DNA from: Amoebidium appalachense
Taxonomy: Eukaryota; Protista; Ichthyosporea
Length of the DNA stretch: 64,000 nt
Reading direction: 5' to 3'
Assembly (NCBI GenBank): GCA_963693365.1
Contig: CAVNZM010000013.1
Coordinates: 4,950,640 to 5,014,639, forward strand
Shown here: positions 1-52,569 of the stretch, one piece after another
Layout of the letters: every line of letters begins with the position of its first letter
Position numbering within the stretch: the stretch's first letter is position 1
The notes under the pieces: generated by a model
The model's input: the letters and a program-made list of their open reading frames with translations, nothing else
Told to the model about the DNA's origin: nothing
The model's database searches: none
Position numbers and translations under genes: made by a program

Positions 1-18
1 CATGCTTGTCCTGGTTGT

Positions 19-79
<61 letters not shown>

Positions 80-347
80 GGCAAGCGATGCAGAGTAAGT
101 TGTTTGTTTCCTTAACGTGATAAATAAGGGGCACTTACCCCCTGCCCCCCTCCCCCACCTCCTCCCCCGCCACCAGCCCTCCCCCCCCCCCCCCCCCCCC
201 CCCTCCTCCTACACACAAACACACACCCATCCCCCCTCCTCTCCCCATCACTCACCCACCCACCCACCCACCCACCCATGGCCACCCACCCGATCCTCCG
301 CCTCCAACCCTACTCCTAACCCCTTCTGCGGCTGCCCTGTCACCCAC

Positions 348-399
348 CTTCCAAATTCCTGGCGTTGACACATCCACACTGAAAGCTGCCTGCTGCCAT
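348..399 (-). CDS. Possible first coding exon (MAAGSFQCGCVNARNLE) of a minus-strand gene running off the left edge; product unknown
   Basis: Exon-like segment 423..348 between a TAG acceptor after a U-rich tract and a GAAG|GTGGG donor followed by G-rich intron-like DNA; ATG at 399. No recognisable domain. Confidence 0.3.
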
Positions 400-3306
400 T
401 CTTGCTTGCCTTAAACCCAGCGCCTACAAAAACAAAACAGCACAAAAACAACACCGTGTGAATGTTTTTTTTTTGCACCGTGTTTTACACAAGCGCTTGG
501 CCCTTCTGTTACCAGCGCCACAGCTAGCGCTCCGGCTCACGGATTCCTCGTTACTGTCACATATAATTCGATAATGGTATGGATGTCGAGGGAACCTAAA
601 CATATACAAAAGCGTAATACCATAATATCCGAAAATAAACTTTTTTCTTATGTGCCTGTATATATTTTTAAAAAAACCTCGTATTATACAACAGAGATTA
701 GGCTTTAGTGGAAAAAAAAATACAGACAATAGTCTGCTTTTAGTGCAACCTCTAAGTTTCTAGTATATGATTCGAAAGCGTTATTCGAATGCTTCGCGAA
801 ACACCTTGAGTCACCCCCCTAGGACAGCCCATGTGATGACCAAGGGCCAATCAACGGGTCTACAGAAAGAGTCGCCCTTATTTGCGGTCAGATTGTAGCC
901 AATCATATGAAAGCACGACTCCCACATTTTTCTCTAACGGTTGATGCCGGCCGGCGCTCCCGCCGATGTCCTCTCCGAAACATCTCAATCGAAACACCCT
1001 GGCGCATTTAATTAGTGTACTGTATATGTACGCAGTAATATTAAACACCAGTAATATCCACCACCAATAGCTGCTAAACCCAATTTTATATGATGTTTTT
1101 ACATGTTTCCCCTTTACAAAACAGCCGGTATGTAGCTGACCGGTTGTTGATCTCCAGCCCGGCACACTATCGATGTACTATGAGTCTTTTATCCAACCAA
1201 TATTGTTGGATAAGACTCCCTGTCTTTAAAATACATCTAAAATCGATTACATTAATTGTTATGTTTAAAGTCATGCAGTATACACATCATTACCAAAACA
1301 TCGCCATGACCTGCCTGCACAAGGCCCAACCCCCACCCAAATCCCGTACAACGGCCCGTTTCTCGCCCGCACACTCCCACCTGCCCGCACCTGCCCTCTT
1401 GCACCGTATCAGTTGGCAAGCCCTTTTTTTTTTTTTTTCTCGCTCCGACACTTCATAAATTACAACCTGTGTGTTTACTATTTTCTGTGTGTCCCGCTAG
1501 CTCGAAAGCGAGTAAGTTTTTCGGCCTACGGTAGTGTTGCGCAGGGAGGGAAAACAGTTGTATTATTGCACGTGTTTTTGGCACCACGTGTCAGCCAAGT
1601 TTGCCTTTTTCGCGTGGGTTGAAACTCTACCCTTTCTGCTACCCATCTTTTTGCGGCGTCGACAGAAGAGCACTATCTACTCCTCAGAAAGCTCCGTTTA
1701 CTTTTGCTCGATGCTTGCACAAGTTCAGGCAGAGTGGTGCGGTTCTGCACATGCGCCAGCCTCAGCTGGAGCCACTGCAGAGTAAGGTCAGTTTTTATTG
1801 TTTTTGGGGGGTTGTTGTCTCGACACGCACGGGTGATTATACGCGTTTATAAACAGCAGCCTTCAGTCACCGTTACTGCCTCAAACGCGTTTGTGCTTGA
1901 CCCTAGTGCTTGTGCATCCTCCTTTTCATTACTTCTCACGTCAGCAAACAAGTAGGCCCTGCTCACCAATTGATTGACTCCTCGGGGCTTTTTTGTGTGC
2001 ACAGAATCACTGTTGAGTACGCCTATTTTTAGTTAACAAGAGTGTGCATGGATGGGGTTTGCTCTGTGTTTCGACTCTCGCGCTTTACACGAACACGTAT
2101 CTGTGTGCTTTTTTTCCATCGTCTTTTCCCCCCCTTTTTTCTTAGGCAAACTACAGCCAGCCTTGCTGAGCTTTTCTCGTGTGTTTTCACACACAGAGCT
2201 TGAGAATGTGGGTGGCATGGGCCCCTTGGAGGTGACACACTTCAGCACGGACAGGGGGTTGGCGTCCGTTGGCTTAAAGGCCAACATACCTTTGTAGGTA
2301 CATCACCTCTACTCATTAACAATGTGTCGGATACTTGGTTTCTTGTCACGTTCGTTTTTGAGATAATTAGAGTCCACTGCTGTGGTGCCTGCTTTGCCGT
2401 TTCTCTGGCGCCTCCCCGTTTTGCCTTTGGATGAAAGCAGTGTTTTGCTGCTTTAGGCACGTGATGTTCAACACTCACCACTCTCTTCATTCGCTGTTCT
2501 GCATCTGTGCACGTGCCAGCATTTTACACACTGAAGTACAGCACGTGTACACGCCAACAGAGAGGTGCGCGTGCGTGCACGCACGCACACACACAACACA
2601 CACACATGTGTGTGCGCGGCCACACACACACACAGACAGACACACACAGAGAGAGAGACACAGGGATAGCTCTTGCCTGAAGCACACGTACTGTTGCGCC
2701 CCCGCACGCACACATGCAAGAGGGCGTGTCTTGCACACACACACGCACACACACATCCCTGTGTGCGACATCCTAGCACCAGCACTCGAGCACTTTCACA
2801 GTGAGGTGCTCGGGCATACTTGGCTTGTCATATGGCCCCCCTCCCCCCACACCCCCTTCCCCCCCGTGTTACCTTCACACCACACCCCCTCACTGTTTGT
2901 ATCGAGCACACACATGCTTGACACCCAAGAACTCGGACGTGTTTAGTTGTGTGCACAGCAAGACCAACGACCACACATGAGCACACGTGGAGGGCTATAC
3001 GGGCACGCGCGCGCACACACACGCACAACACGCACATGCATGCATGCGAACACGTGTACAGGTGAGGCACACACTTTATTGCACATGGTGTTTGCACGTA
3101 TGTGGACTCTTCAACGCACAGTGGCCACATACATGTGCACACGGCAGATTTTCTATCCCTCTGCTTGCACAATAGTACATGCATTGTTACGTGGACGAGC
3201 TATGCCGTAGATATCTCAGGGCAAAGAATGCACACTGGGGCGCTTCAAGCACAGACACACGTGCACGGAGGAGTGTGTGGTTCTGCACAAATCTTCGAGC
3301 ACGCCA

Positions 3307-3354
<48 letters not shown>

Positions 3355-4139
3355 GCGCGCTCCATGCACACACACACGCACATGAATGAACACAACACAC
3401 ACATGCACACAAACAAATATGCACGCACATACACACAGACACACAGCAAGGGGCCTCACGTACACGTAAATAGATGACCCAAAGCATTCATGTGCCCCCC
3501 GCAGGCTTTGCCCGAACATTCTTCTACACTTATCCGTGCATGTCCACTCTAATACCACAGGTGCACTTAGAGGTACACCGGCGCGCACAACCGTTGCTCC
3601 GCACATGCATGTGCGAAACACGTATGCTCGGCACACTCTCTCATACATGTGCTTGTGCGCACACATGCAACACCAACGTTTTTCTCACACGTGCATGGAT
3701 TGTCGCATATAGATGGTCACGGGGGTCGAACACACGTTCGCATTGGCTCGGACACATAAAGAAGGAAACAGATGGAATCAGGCAATCACGTGCGCAGTCA
3801 CGCAGCTTGCATGCAGGGGTGCCACTGGCGAGGTGGTTGCACGTGGGACATGAATGACCACACGCACACACGCAGCAATGCAATTGCACACCAACACGTG
3901 CACACCATCCATACGCGCACACATCCATTCACGCACAAACAGGCATGGATGGGAGCACTGGACACAAATATCACATGTGCACGCGCACACACACACACGC
4001 ACACACACACACGTGCGGGTATTGATGCATTCGTAAAAACGTGTGTACCTGGTAGCAAGAAACAAGATGTGTTTACAGACACAGTCACATGCATATTTTC
4101 ATGACATTAACATTTTCTTTTTTTTTCTATCAGGCGAAA

Positions 4140-19982
<15,843 letters not shown>

Positions 19983-20446
19983 CAAATGTGTCTATCTACA
20001 GATTTCCCTTTGGTTTGGTTTTTATTCATGTATGAGGCATATGAAAGGCCTTTTGGGTGTTGTGTTTGCGGGGGCTAGGGGTGTATGATGGTTTAACTTA
20101 GAATGAGGACATTCCAAAACACAAAACACTTTAACATAATTTTTGGATGAATATTCGGGTTTTTTGCTTAAGATAAAATACTGGTTTGTGTGTGGTTTTG
20201 GCTGATGCAAGAAGTCCGAGCGAGAGACTTGACATAACCGTCAAAATACCAACGAATATCTAAATTCAGTAGATGTGATGCATATGCACGTGTCTGGTCC
20301 TTCTATGATACTGCAAGATAACCTTTGGATATACGAAAATTTATTATCCAAAGATCGAATATATCTCAGCGAGCTCGGCTGGCTCGGCTCCTGTAACAAT
20401 GTTACTTTATTTGGTGAGACCCCTCCCCCCTCCCCTCCCCCCCCCA

Positions 20447-20528
<82 letters not shown>

Positions 20529-20931
20529 CACAGACACAGTTGACGGGAGAGAGCTAGAACATCATACACCACCTCCCCCACGAAGTATTCAAATACACAC
20601 CCTTCCCATTTTCAGGAACTTTGACCTTGACACATGCATGCGTACACACACGCACACGGTATACGAGCATGCATGTACACCACGACACAAAAAGGTAATG
20701 AGATTGATTGATATATTACTGGGCACTTGTGCATGCATATGCGCCCTGCGATAGTAAGACACAAGTCTTAGAACCGAGGCATTTCCGCAATCGCATACAT
20801 GCACACACTCAACCACACACACTGCACACAGACCGACACACGCATATGTACACACGTGCACACACACAGTCACAGTATCACGATGTCACAGCCACGCACA
20901 AAAAATCACGCACAGTGTCACACACTGTCAT

Positions 20932-20999
<68 letters not shown>

Positions 21000-21763
21000 C
21001 ACACACGACATGCACGACGACTCCACACACACATTGCATGTGCATGTGTACATGTGCGTGTGTTTGTGCGGGAATGTTGGTTATGGACCTGCGACCTTAA
21101 CCCTATGTACGTGCTCATCCTGCTTTAAGTTTGCTAATACATATGTATGCTCGCCGGGAAATTTAATCTGGAGTGATGATGATGGGCAATGAAACATAAA
21201 GTCAGGACATCAGTCGTAAGTTCAGTTGTCAGAATCCGTGGCCAGCACGTGATCCTCTGTTGTCTTGCCAATGGTTGTATTCGAACAATCCACTTACTTT
21301 CCGAAATCTTTAATCTGTACATGTTGGAATATCGGGTAAAAATATTCCTAGTACAGACGAGAAACGAGCGAAACGCACGATTGGTTGTTCAACATGTGGT
21401 GTTTGGGTGTGGGTTAGTGAGTGGAGAAGGGTGTGTGTGTGTATGTGTGCGTGTGTGTGTGTGTGTGTGGTGGGGGGGGGGGGGGGGGGGGGGGGGGATT
21501 AAGTCTTAGGCCTAGAGAATGTGAATGCATGAATGCGAAAGTATGTGTTAGGTTTGCAAGAGATTAGTTACAACGCACAGTTTTCAAGCGCTTTGACCTC
21601 CAGGCAATATGATCAAAACAAAACAATACCTATATATGCTACCGTATCTGTTACTTACTTTTACTGCGTCTTGTATTCAAGTTGACGGTTCATATGCATC
21701 ACATATCTAACGGTATGGTGTCCGAACAACCAATGGTGTGCCGCAATTCATGGCCATAAAAGG

Positions 21764-28629
<6,866 letters not shown>

Positions 28630-28903
28630 TTTGGGGTGACCTTGTACCTCCCTGGTACCTAAATTGAGTATATATAAATCAACGTATTAACAAGGAGTGT
28701 GGAAGGTAAAATAGAAGATGATATCACTTTCTCAAGTTTTCGTCGGCCAAAAAAACAAAAAAAAAGAAATGGTAACTGAGAGTGGCCGATGGTAGCAACT
28801 GTCTGCACCCCAACCTCAAAAAGGCCCTTCACGAGTGCACGATGTGGGTGCAAGGAGAAAGGAGAAAGTGATGTTGCGAACACTCAAATGCTCCTGTTGA
28901 TGG

Positions 28904-29252
28904 CTTATATACCTGGTTATAGGCATCCCCGCAGCCGTAACGGGCTACATTTATACGCAATCTGATCTATTTACTCAAGTGCACGTGGCTTTCTACGTGG
29001 TTCTATGAGTTCCAAGCTCCGGTAGAAATGTACCGTTTGCATGCTGGCTTCAAAAATAACAAAGATCTATTTATCAGATAAGCCAATCATCTGATTGCAA
29101 TAGATTGTTTGCGCAACGACTTGGATAACTCCGCCAATCAGAACAAACCGCCCATAAATGGCTTGCAAAACTTTAATTAAATTGGTAGATTACACAAAAG
29201 GCTCATCGGTACAGCACCTTGTTTGGCTCAATCAGCACCAGGATAAACCAAT
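28904..29252 (-). promoter_or_regulatory. Putative promoter of the lactate permease gene (TATA-like box plus clustered CCAAT boxes)
   Basis: TATATAAG on the minus strand at 28904-28911, ~280 bp upstream of the ATG; CCAATCA at ~29083, 29134, 29248. Confidence 0.4.
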
Positions 29253-29879
29253 CAGGTATTAGAGCTCTGTTTTTCTCTTTGAAGCCATGTTGTACGTGTT
29301 CGACAGACTGCGACAGTCCGGGACTACGGGTGCACATGCGCGGTCATGGTGCTGGGTGTTTGTCTTCAATCGGGTGCAACTATATAATACGGCGAATCTA
29401 CATATGATAACGCCCACATTCTAACAGCTCTAGGGCCGAAACATTTTTTTGCTGAAAACTACATATTTAGACCTCTAGTGGCGAAACATTCTCATGGATT
29501 CCATAGCCTCGCGAGGCCAAATCAACATCATGCTCTGGCACATGTGCACAAGGGTAAGTAAGAACTTCATCATGTGCCCGTACATGTGTGCATGATCCAC
29601 TGGTCAACATTGCACGTGTATGCCCGCCGTGCAGGCTGTTGAATCTCACCTCACGGCTTGCACACCCTGTGTTTGCGTGCACGTTGTTTGATGGTCTATA
29701 TACCGTTCGAATTCTCCGAAGTTTTGACGTCTTAGACACGGCCGCATTTATATTAGTGGATAGTACTAATATGCATAATATATTAGTGCACGTATGTACG
29801 GCAGGGGAGGCCAAAGCTGGCAGGCCTAGGAGTGGGGGTGGGGTGGGGTGGACAAAGGCAAAGGGGTATGTAAACGGGT

Positions 29880-29931
<52 letters not shown>

Positions 29932-30069
29932 AGGTCGTCTTTGGGGAAACGGAAAAGGGGCATGTACATGTGCACCGGTGGGGGAGGCCTCTGGGGAGGG
30001 GAAGGGGGGAAGGGGGGCCGAGGGGGCCGCCAGGGGGGGGGGGGGGGGGGGGGGAGAAGGGGAGAGGGG

Positions 30070-30240
30070 GGAAGGATTGATTGAGTTGTCCAATATATGG
30101 CCATAGCTGCCGCCATGCAGGCCGCCATGATGTCATTGAATACTCCGAGCTTCATTCTAACATGTCTTCCCCTGTATTTGAATCTTGGCTCACTCTGCAA
30201 TTCCCATCTAGATCTGATGGATGGTATCGGCCCTAACTGC
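30070..30240 (-). pseudogene. Possible AP2-domain-like coding relic
   Basis: Reading frame SRWELQSEPRFKYRGRHVRMKLGVFNDIMAACMAAAMAIYW loosely resembles the AP2 pattern (W...LGxF...AA); preceded by a TAG acceptor; no complete gene model found. Confidence 0.2.
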
Positions 30241-31369
30241 CTAGAGTTGGATTTTTCAGTTTTCTTTTAAGAGAATTTTGGGAAAGCGGTGCATGTGTGC
30301 ATATATGCACCTGCCAGCCTGGGCAGCGTGCAGCTTGCTATTAGTGAGATCTTAGTTACGAGGCAAGTCATGAAATTTCGCTAAACAACAAAGTGCGTGT
30401 TTCGACTGTGAATACCGTATTCATGCATGCGAGAGCTTTGTGCTTAGCTTTCCCTTTCCACAAATTACTATGATTTACCTGTGAAAACCAGGTAAAATCT
30501 GAAACTGTGACCACGTGCATAACTTATGACGCCAGAAATCAATTGTAAGACTAAGAAAAGGCAAGAGGAAGAAAAACACACGGGGTGCTAAATTATTTAT
30601 GGTGTAAACCCACACTTAATATTTATAAACCACACAAGTCAAAGCACCGATCGTGACTAAACAAAGACGCGCTGAAACGGTTCTTACGCAACTGCACAAA
30701 TCACATTACCTACTTAGTCTATACTGTTGTCAAGAAACACAATAGCATAGGTACACTACAAACTTTGGTGAAATCCCCCCCCACCCCCCCCTCCCCCCCC
30801 CCCCCCCCCCCCCCCCCCACCCAACCACACACACACACACACGCAAACATACACACACACAAAAAGACCCTGTCCCCGCGGAGAGGTGTCCACAGGAGTA
30901 CACACCACAAACACTTGATATACGCACAAAAAAAATAGCTCCAACATACCCACCCATTAATAAATCGTGATTCTGACAAGGACGGGCATAGGTACGGGCT
31001 TCAGGTAGAGGAGACAAAAGGGACAGTAGCAACTCAAAACGCTACAAGTAGGGGAAATCGATGGGATATCATGGATGGATGCAACCAAAACAGAAAAAAG
31101 AAAACCAAAAACCAAAAACCAAACTCGGGGGGTTGAAAACCTTTCGATATAACCTAGTCAGGTCTACAACACATTGGTATATCACAAGTGCCTAAGTGCA
31201 CCTGTATGCAAACAGTACTTCTGAAAGACGGCTGCACGCTAAGGAGGCAAGCCCAGAGGTTGTATTGTCGTCATACTCTCCCACATGGGTGGCTGATTTT
31301 CATCCAAAGGTAAATGTCGGGCACGTGATGGGATTCACGCGTAGCTGTAGTTGATTTGATGGGAATGGC

Positions 31370-47315
<15,946 letters not shown>

Positions 47316-48839
47316 TCCGACGTCTGCTCACTGTTACTTATCACGAAGGCAGGTCTACGGAAGCGCAAACATCGGCTTGGTCGGACACAGGCCGACCTGA
47401 GAAACACAAACAAATAAGTTACCGCCAGAGATTACGTAGGCTTTCTTTAACAAGTAGCCCACTGAAAATGAGGCTCAAGCTTAACGGGTGTAAAAGCCTT
47501 ACCACTTTGCGAAAATACAGAGGAAGCCTTAGGGATCCATGCTTAGAACGCAAGGTAATTGCCTAACATAAACTTTGCAGATTTCTCTTTCATGGCGCCC
47601 ATAAATATTGATGTGTTTGGAAGCCTACAATTACTATAGTAACTCAAACGGTAGGCTCGGTTTTTGACATCCACGGTTACTCGCCGCGCATGATGCCCCA
47701 ATAAACTGGTCGGGCCTTCCCTTTTGGTATCTGCTTTCCTTCACAAAACACACTGTTAAACATAAATTTGCAGTTGATACAAGAGCGTGTTTTGAAATTT
47801 TTGCCTTTCTTTGATCCTTCGGGGAAGACCAGATCCACACATCAAATACTGCTACAACCGAACGTACCAACGAACACCTGGCAGAGAATGGGTACTCTGC
47901 AAACCGTTTGCTTATAAAGTCCTGCTGAATGCGTGATGCGTACCCATAAAAAAAGGCTCCAACAGCTAGTCTCTCTTATTTCTTCCTTCAATGCACCACG
48001 GTTGAAGGAAGTAGACTCGAGCCTGTTAGTGAAAGCTTTCTGCCTGTTCCTAGTTAGCACCGACACCCGCACCACTTGAGAAACCCTACCTAACACAAAG
48101 CTACTTAATATTCGTATATGTAAGTTCTCAAACATACAGTTGTCTAAGCCTTGTATGCACCAACTACAAATGCTGTACTATGCTCGACAAGTACCGATAA
48201 TTCTCGACATATGGAAAAGAAACGAACGAAGGTTTTCTGTTTCACGTTTACGTTTGAGTTGGCTCCGGCTGTGGCGGAATGGAGCGGGTGGTGCGTCTCG
48301 CAATGCGCAAGTCTAAAACGGCTGGCAGGCGCACGTGTATGATTGGTCAATCTCAGGCGTGCAAACCTACATGTCTGAAATAGTAGATTAATAGAGTCAG
48401 ACTTTTCAGCTTTTAGAAACATAAGAGGTATAGTAAATTACAAAATAAACTGAAACATTACAGCTTTGCTAAATAAACTGTGTTTCATAAGTCTCTAAAA
48501 TCTTACAAAGGTTTATAACTTGTTTCAAAACACCGCTGACAACAGGATGTTGACCAGCGTTCAACAGTGGTCACATATCACGGATTGTATTTGCTGGTTA
48601 GCTTTCTTGTTTGCACCGCATCCGTTCGGTGTGAACCAATCAAACTCGGCTCTCTCATTCACCTTCCCGGTTGCCTAATGAGGAAGTTTATCAGGTCCAT
48701 TGAGGCTCCCGGCCCCAGTTTGTTCCTATAATACACGTGTTTTCTGGGTGCGTGTGCGAATGTGTTTATTCACGTGCACATACTTGCGCGTGCGTGTGCT
48801 GGTGCGTGTGCTGGTGCGTGTGCTTGTGAGTGCGTCATC

Positions 48840-49540
48840 GTACGACAAGCTGGATGGATTGTGGCGGGAATTAGAATAGGCCACATAGCATGCAGACAAA
48901 AACGTGTGTGCTGATCGTTTTGAGTAACATGGGATGGCACGAGCCAAGATCCGTAACCTGGAGAACCCTGTGGCTTCTGGTTTCCTTCTCAACCTGTATC
49001 CTCTCGCCGCATTGTATTATAGAACAACAGGAGAAACGGCACATATGGTTCACGGGATCTTGCCAGCTTGTGGAAAGCCTTATCGAACGGCAGGGTATGG
49101 GTTTGTGGCCAAGAAAGGAAGAAAAAGGCCGGAGGAAAGAGATTTAGATTGGCACAAGGGATAAAGACGAAAGAGGGGGGGAAGGGGGGGGGAGGGGGGG
49201 AGACGAGACTTGAGCAACGGTGGCCTCAGGAGTGTGGGGGTGGAGTGCGTGGGTGGGGGTTTGTGGGGGGAGAGGGGGGGGGGGGAGGGGGGGGGGGCTG
49301 GAGGGCAGGAGGGGAGGGGAGATTGGAGGTGAGAGGGACTCGCAAACCGCACGCGTTGACAAACATGTGATTTGTGGTTCATCACAGCTTCCATTACACT
49401 CAGGATACCCAAGAGCACTTTGATGTCAAAGGGATCCGTTTCCGGTTTGGAATTGGATCCCGAAGCGGATGCGGTGGAAAGGGACAGGGTGCTTAAAGAG
49501 ATCTGGAGATGTGCCTTGGTCGAGGAGAGCCTAGGAAATA
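48840..49540 (+). pseudogene. Possible degraded spliced gene of unknown function
   Basis: Two non-repetitive blocks joined by a plausible intron (CAGG|GTATGG ~49094; CACAG| ~49387) give ...IIEQQEKRHIWFTGSCQLVESLIERQ-ASITLRIPKSTLMSKGSVSGLELDPEADAVERDRVLKEIWRCALVEES; an upstream frame has several stops; no family recognised. Confidence 0.2.
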
Positions 49541-49579
49541 GTGCGGGGTTGGGGGGAGGGGGAAGGGGGGGTGGGGTGT

Positions 49580-49614
<35 letters not shown>

Positions 49615-49653
49615 CGCTTTGCCTGCCCTACTTGTTGAAGTTCTTCACGTTGT

Positions 49654-49687
<34 letters not shown>

Positions 49688-52569
49688 GGGCCCCCCTTGA
49701 GGACCAAAAACAACCCCGAATCTTCTCTTGCTAGCTAGCTCCATACCCCCTTCCCCCCCCCCACACACACGTAACATATACACACATACCATACTCTCCC
49801 CACCCCCACCCTCCACCCCCCAACACACACACACACACACACACGTAAGCACGCTCACACATACACACCCATAGTTAACACAAACACGCACACACACTGG
49901 TCAACACACACACGCACACTGTATACAACACACACACGCGCACACGCACACAGGTTGTGTTTGTGTGTGTGTGTGTGTGTGTAGTGTGTGTGTGTGTCAG
50001 GTTGTGTGAGTACATATGTGTATGTGTCTCAGGTTGCGCAACTTGGCTGTAAACTCAAGTCGTTACACACCAAGCAAGTTAAATAACCGCGGAGTAATAC
50101 ACAGTTCAACAATAGTGTTACCTCACGTTTCGTTTTTATTCTATGGATCCAAAAATCTCACATATACCCACATTATGGTAGTGCAAGCCAGGGAATTAGA
50201 AATGTGTGTGTGTGTGTGTGTATGATGGTGTGTGTGTGTGCGCCCGTGCGTGCGGGTGTGTTTGTGTTTGTGTGTGTGTGTGCGTGTGCGTGTGTGTGCG
50301 TGCACCTACTTTTCCTTTTGTTTTGTTTGTTTATTTATTTGTTTATTTATTTTTTTGGCGTGGGGGGGGGGGAGGGGGCGGGGGGCGGGTTACAGTGATA
50401 TAGTATTGGAATCAAGGTCTGTGTAGAAACTTGCAGTCCCCCTCCCCCCTCCCTCCCTCTTCCTCTTTAGGTCATGTCTTCAACGTTGACTAGTTCTCTC
50501 TGCTCCCCCCCCCCCTCCCCCCCCCCCCCCCACGCACCCCTCCCTCCCTTTCCCTCCTTCTCCCCACCTCTCCGGTGCTTTCCTTTAACTTTAAGCAACC
50601 AACCCCCCCCCCTCCCCCTCTCTCCCCCCCTCACACACACACACGTGCATATTTTGGGCAACACACGTGTGTGTGTCTGCAGAGGCATGTGTGTATGTTT
50701 GCGGATGTGTGTTGTTGGCAATCCCGGATGATGCTTGCACATGTATGCGTCCGGAGAAAAAGGGCAGGCGGGTGGGCGGATGGGTGGGAGGTGGGGGGGG
50801 GGGGAGGGGGGGGGGGGGGGGGCTAGCTGTTGCTGGGGGCCGGGGGCGGGGCCGGGGGAGGGGAGGGGGGAGAGAGGAAGGGTAATACACCTAATCTATC
50901 CCCCTCCGCCCACAACTCCACCGTGGAGGCGGAGGGATGGTGTTGAAAATGGGGTGGAGGGGGAGGGGGAGAGGATAGGTAGGGGGGAGGGGAAGGGAGG
51001 GAGGGTGAGGGGGGGGGGGGTAGGGACACTTGGAGTGAGAAAAAGGGAGAGAGAAAGGCTTGTGTGCCTGTTTGTTCACACATGTGTGCGAGTTTTGAAC
51101 TTCTGTTTGGTGAGCCCAATCCATGTGTTTGTACGTGTGTGCAGGCTGTGTACATATGCTTGTGTGCAAGGTGTCGCAACATGTGTGCATATGTGTGTGT
51201 GTGTGTGTGCTTGTGTGTGTATGTGCATGAGTGTCTGAGCGCAATGTGTGCAATGTTCCGTCTTATCCTGCGATGCCATTTCGTTAATGTGCCTGCATTG
51301 ATATGTGTGTGTGTACACATCCTGTGGTACACGTATGTGTAGGTTCATGCGATGTGCGTGCGTGGGTGCGTGCTTGCATGCGTGGGTGCGTGCGTGTGTG
51401 CGAGAGTGTGATTATTCTCTGGAGTGAAGGAAAAAAGAGGTGATGGGGTATCCAAATGCTGTAGGATTAGGGCTGAGAGCTGTGTTAGAATAATTATTGG
51501 CGAGATGTGGTGGCTTTGGGGGTGTTCTGGGGGACGAAGAGGCATAGCTATGTTTGGACGGAGTGAGCAAGACGTATATCTAGTTGTGAGTGACCCCATG
51601 GAGCGCAGAGGAAGGGGGGGAAAGGGGGGAGAGGGGGGGGGGGGGGGGGGGGGGAGGGACAACAGGGGTGCCTGTAGTGTTTGACCTGACATTTTTTGTG
51701 ATTACCAGTGAAGATAAGCTTGGCTTCAACGCCAGATTTTTGGAATCAAGTAATATGCAGACTGCTTCCGTTCACTGATTTTCATATCTTTAAAACCGAA
51801 AAATTCAAGATACAGTCATAACAGCCGAAGTGCCTTTTGGGGTTCCTCCCAGCCCCAATATTCGGCCTGGGGCTCTACTGCTGAATGCTTAAAGTCTACC
51901 AAATCGGACTGCATCGAAGAAAAAGAATCTTAAAAATAATACCCCCCCCCCCCCCCCCTCCTCCTCCCCCCCACCTCCCCCCCCCCAAACCCCTCCTCCC
52001 TTCCACCGCTCCCTTCCCCACTTCCCTAGCTACCTCTGCTGCATTGCTTTCTGTGCCCCATGGGCCAATTGATCATTAAGATATACCCACCGTCTAACGC
52101 AGCTGGACTATCCTCCTTTGGTCGAAGAAAAAATGCATCTTGGGTACTTGTTTTACATAGTTAAGGTGGCCCACAGTATTTATTTTTTTTGACTATTCAG
52201 TGACCTCCACACGGCAAGGGTTTCTAAGGGTCAACCTGGGAACACCATGACACGCTGCAATAAAACACACAGCCTTAAACAACTTCCCAAACCGAATCAT
52301 TACAGCCTGTTTTGTGGCCTAAATTAATATACAACAAGCAAGCAAGCAACCTCAACTGAGACTATAGAACTTTAACCGCATTGTTATTACAAATTATCGC
52401 CTACCTAGAGATCTTTGCTTCGATTACCGAGTTTAGGAGTCCGTGACTGAAGAAAAATGTGCCCAACAATCACCGTTTTAGCAACCAATTACCCGACATT
52501 TCTCATGCAACCCAAATTACCCACACCTCTAACCAAATGCAACCAACCCGAATTCCCTTTTAAAAATTT

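Noticed and set aside
560-4133. Short ORFs upstream of the ARID4-like ATG
   Set aside because: No coding signature; more likely a divergent promoter, 5' UTR exons (donor-like sites near 1511 and 1787) and a long first intron.
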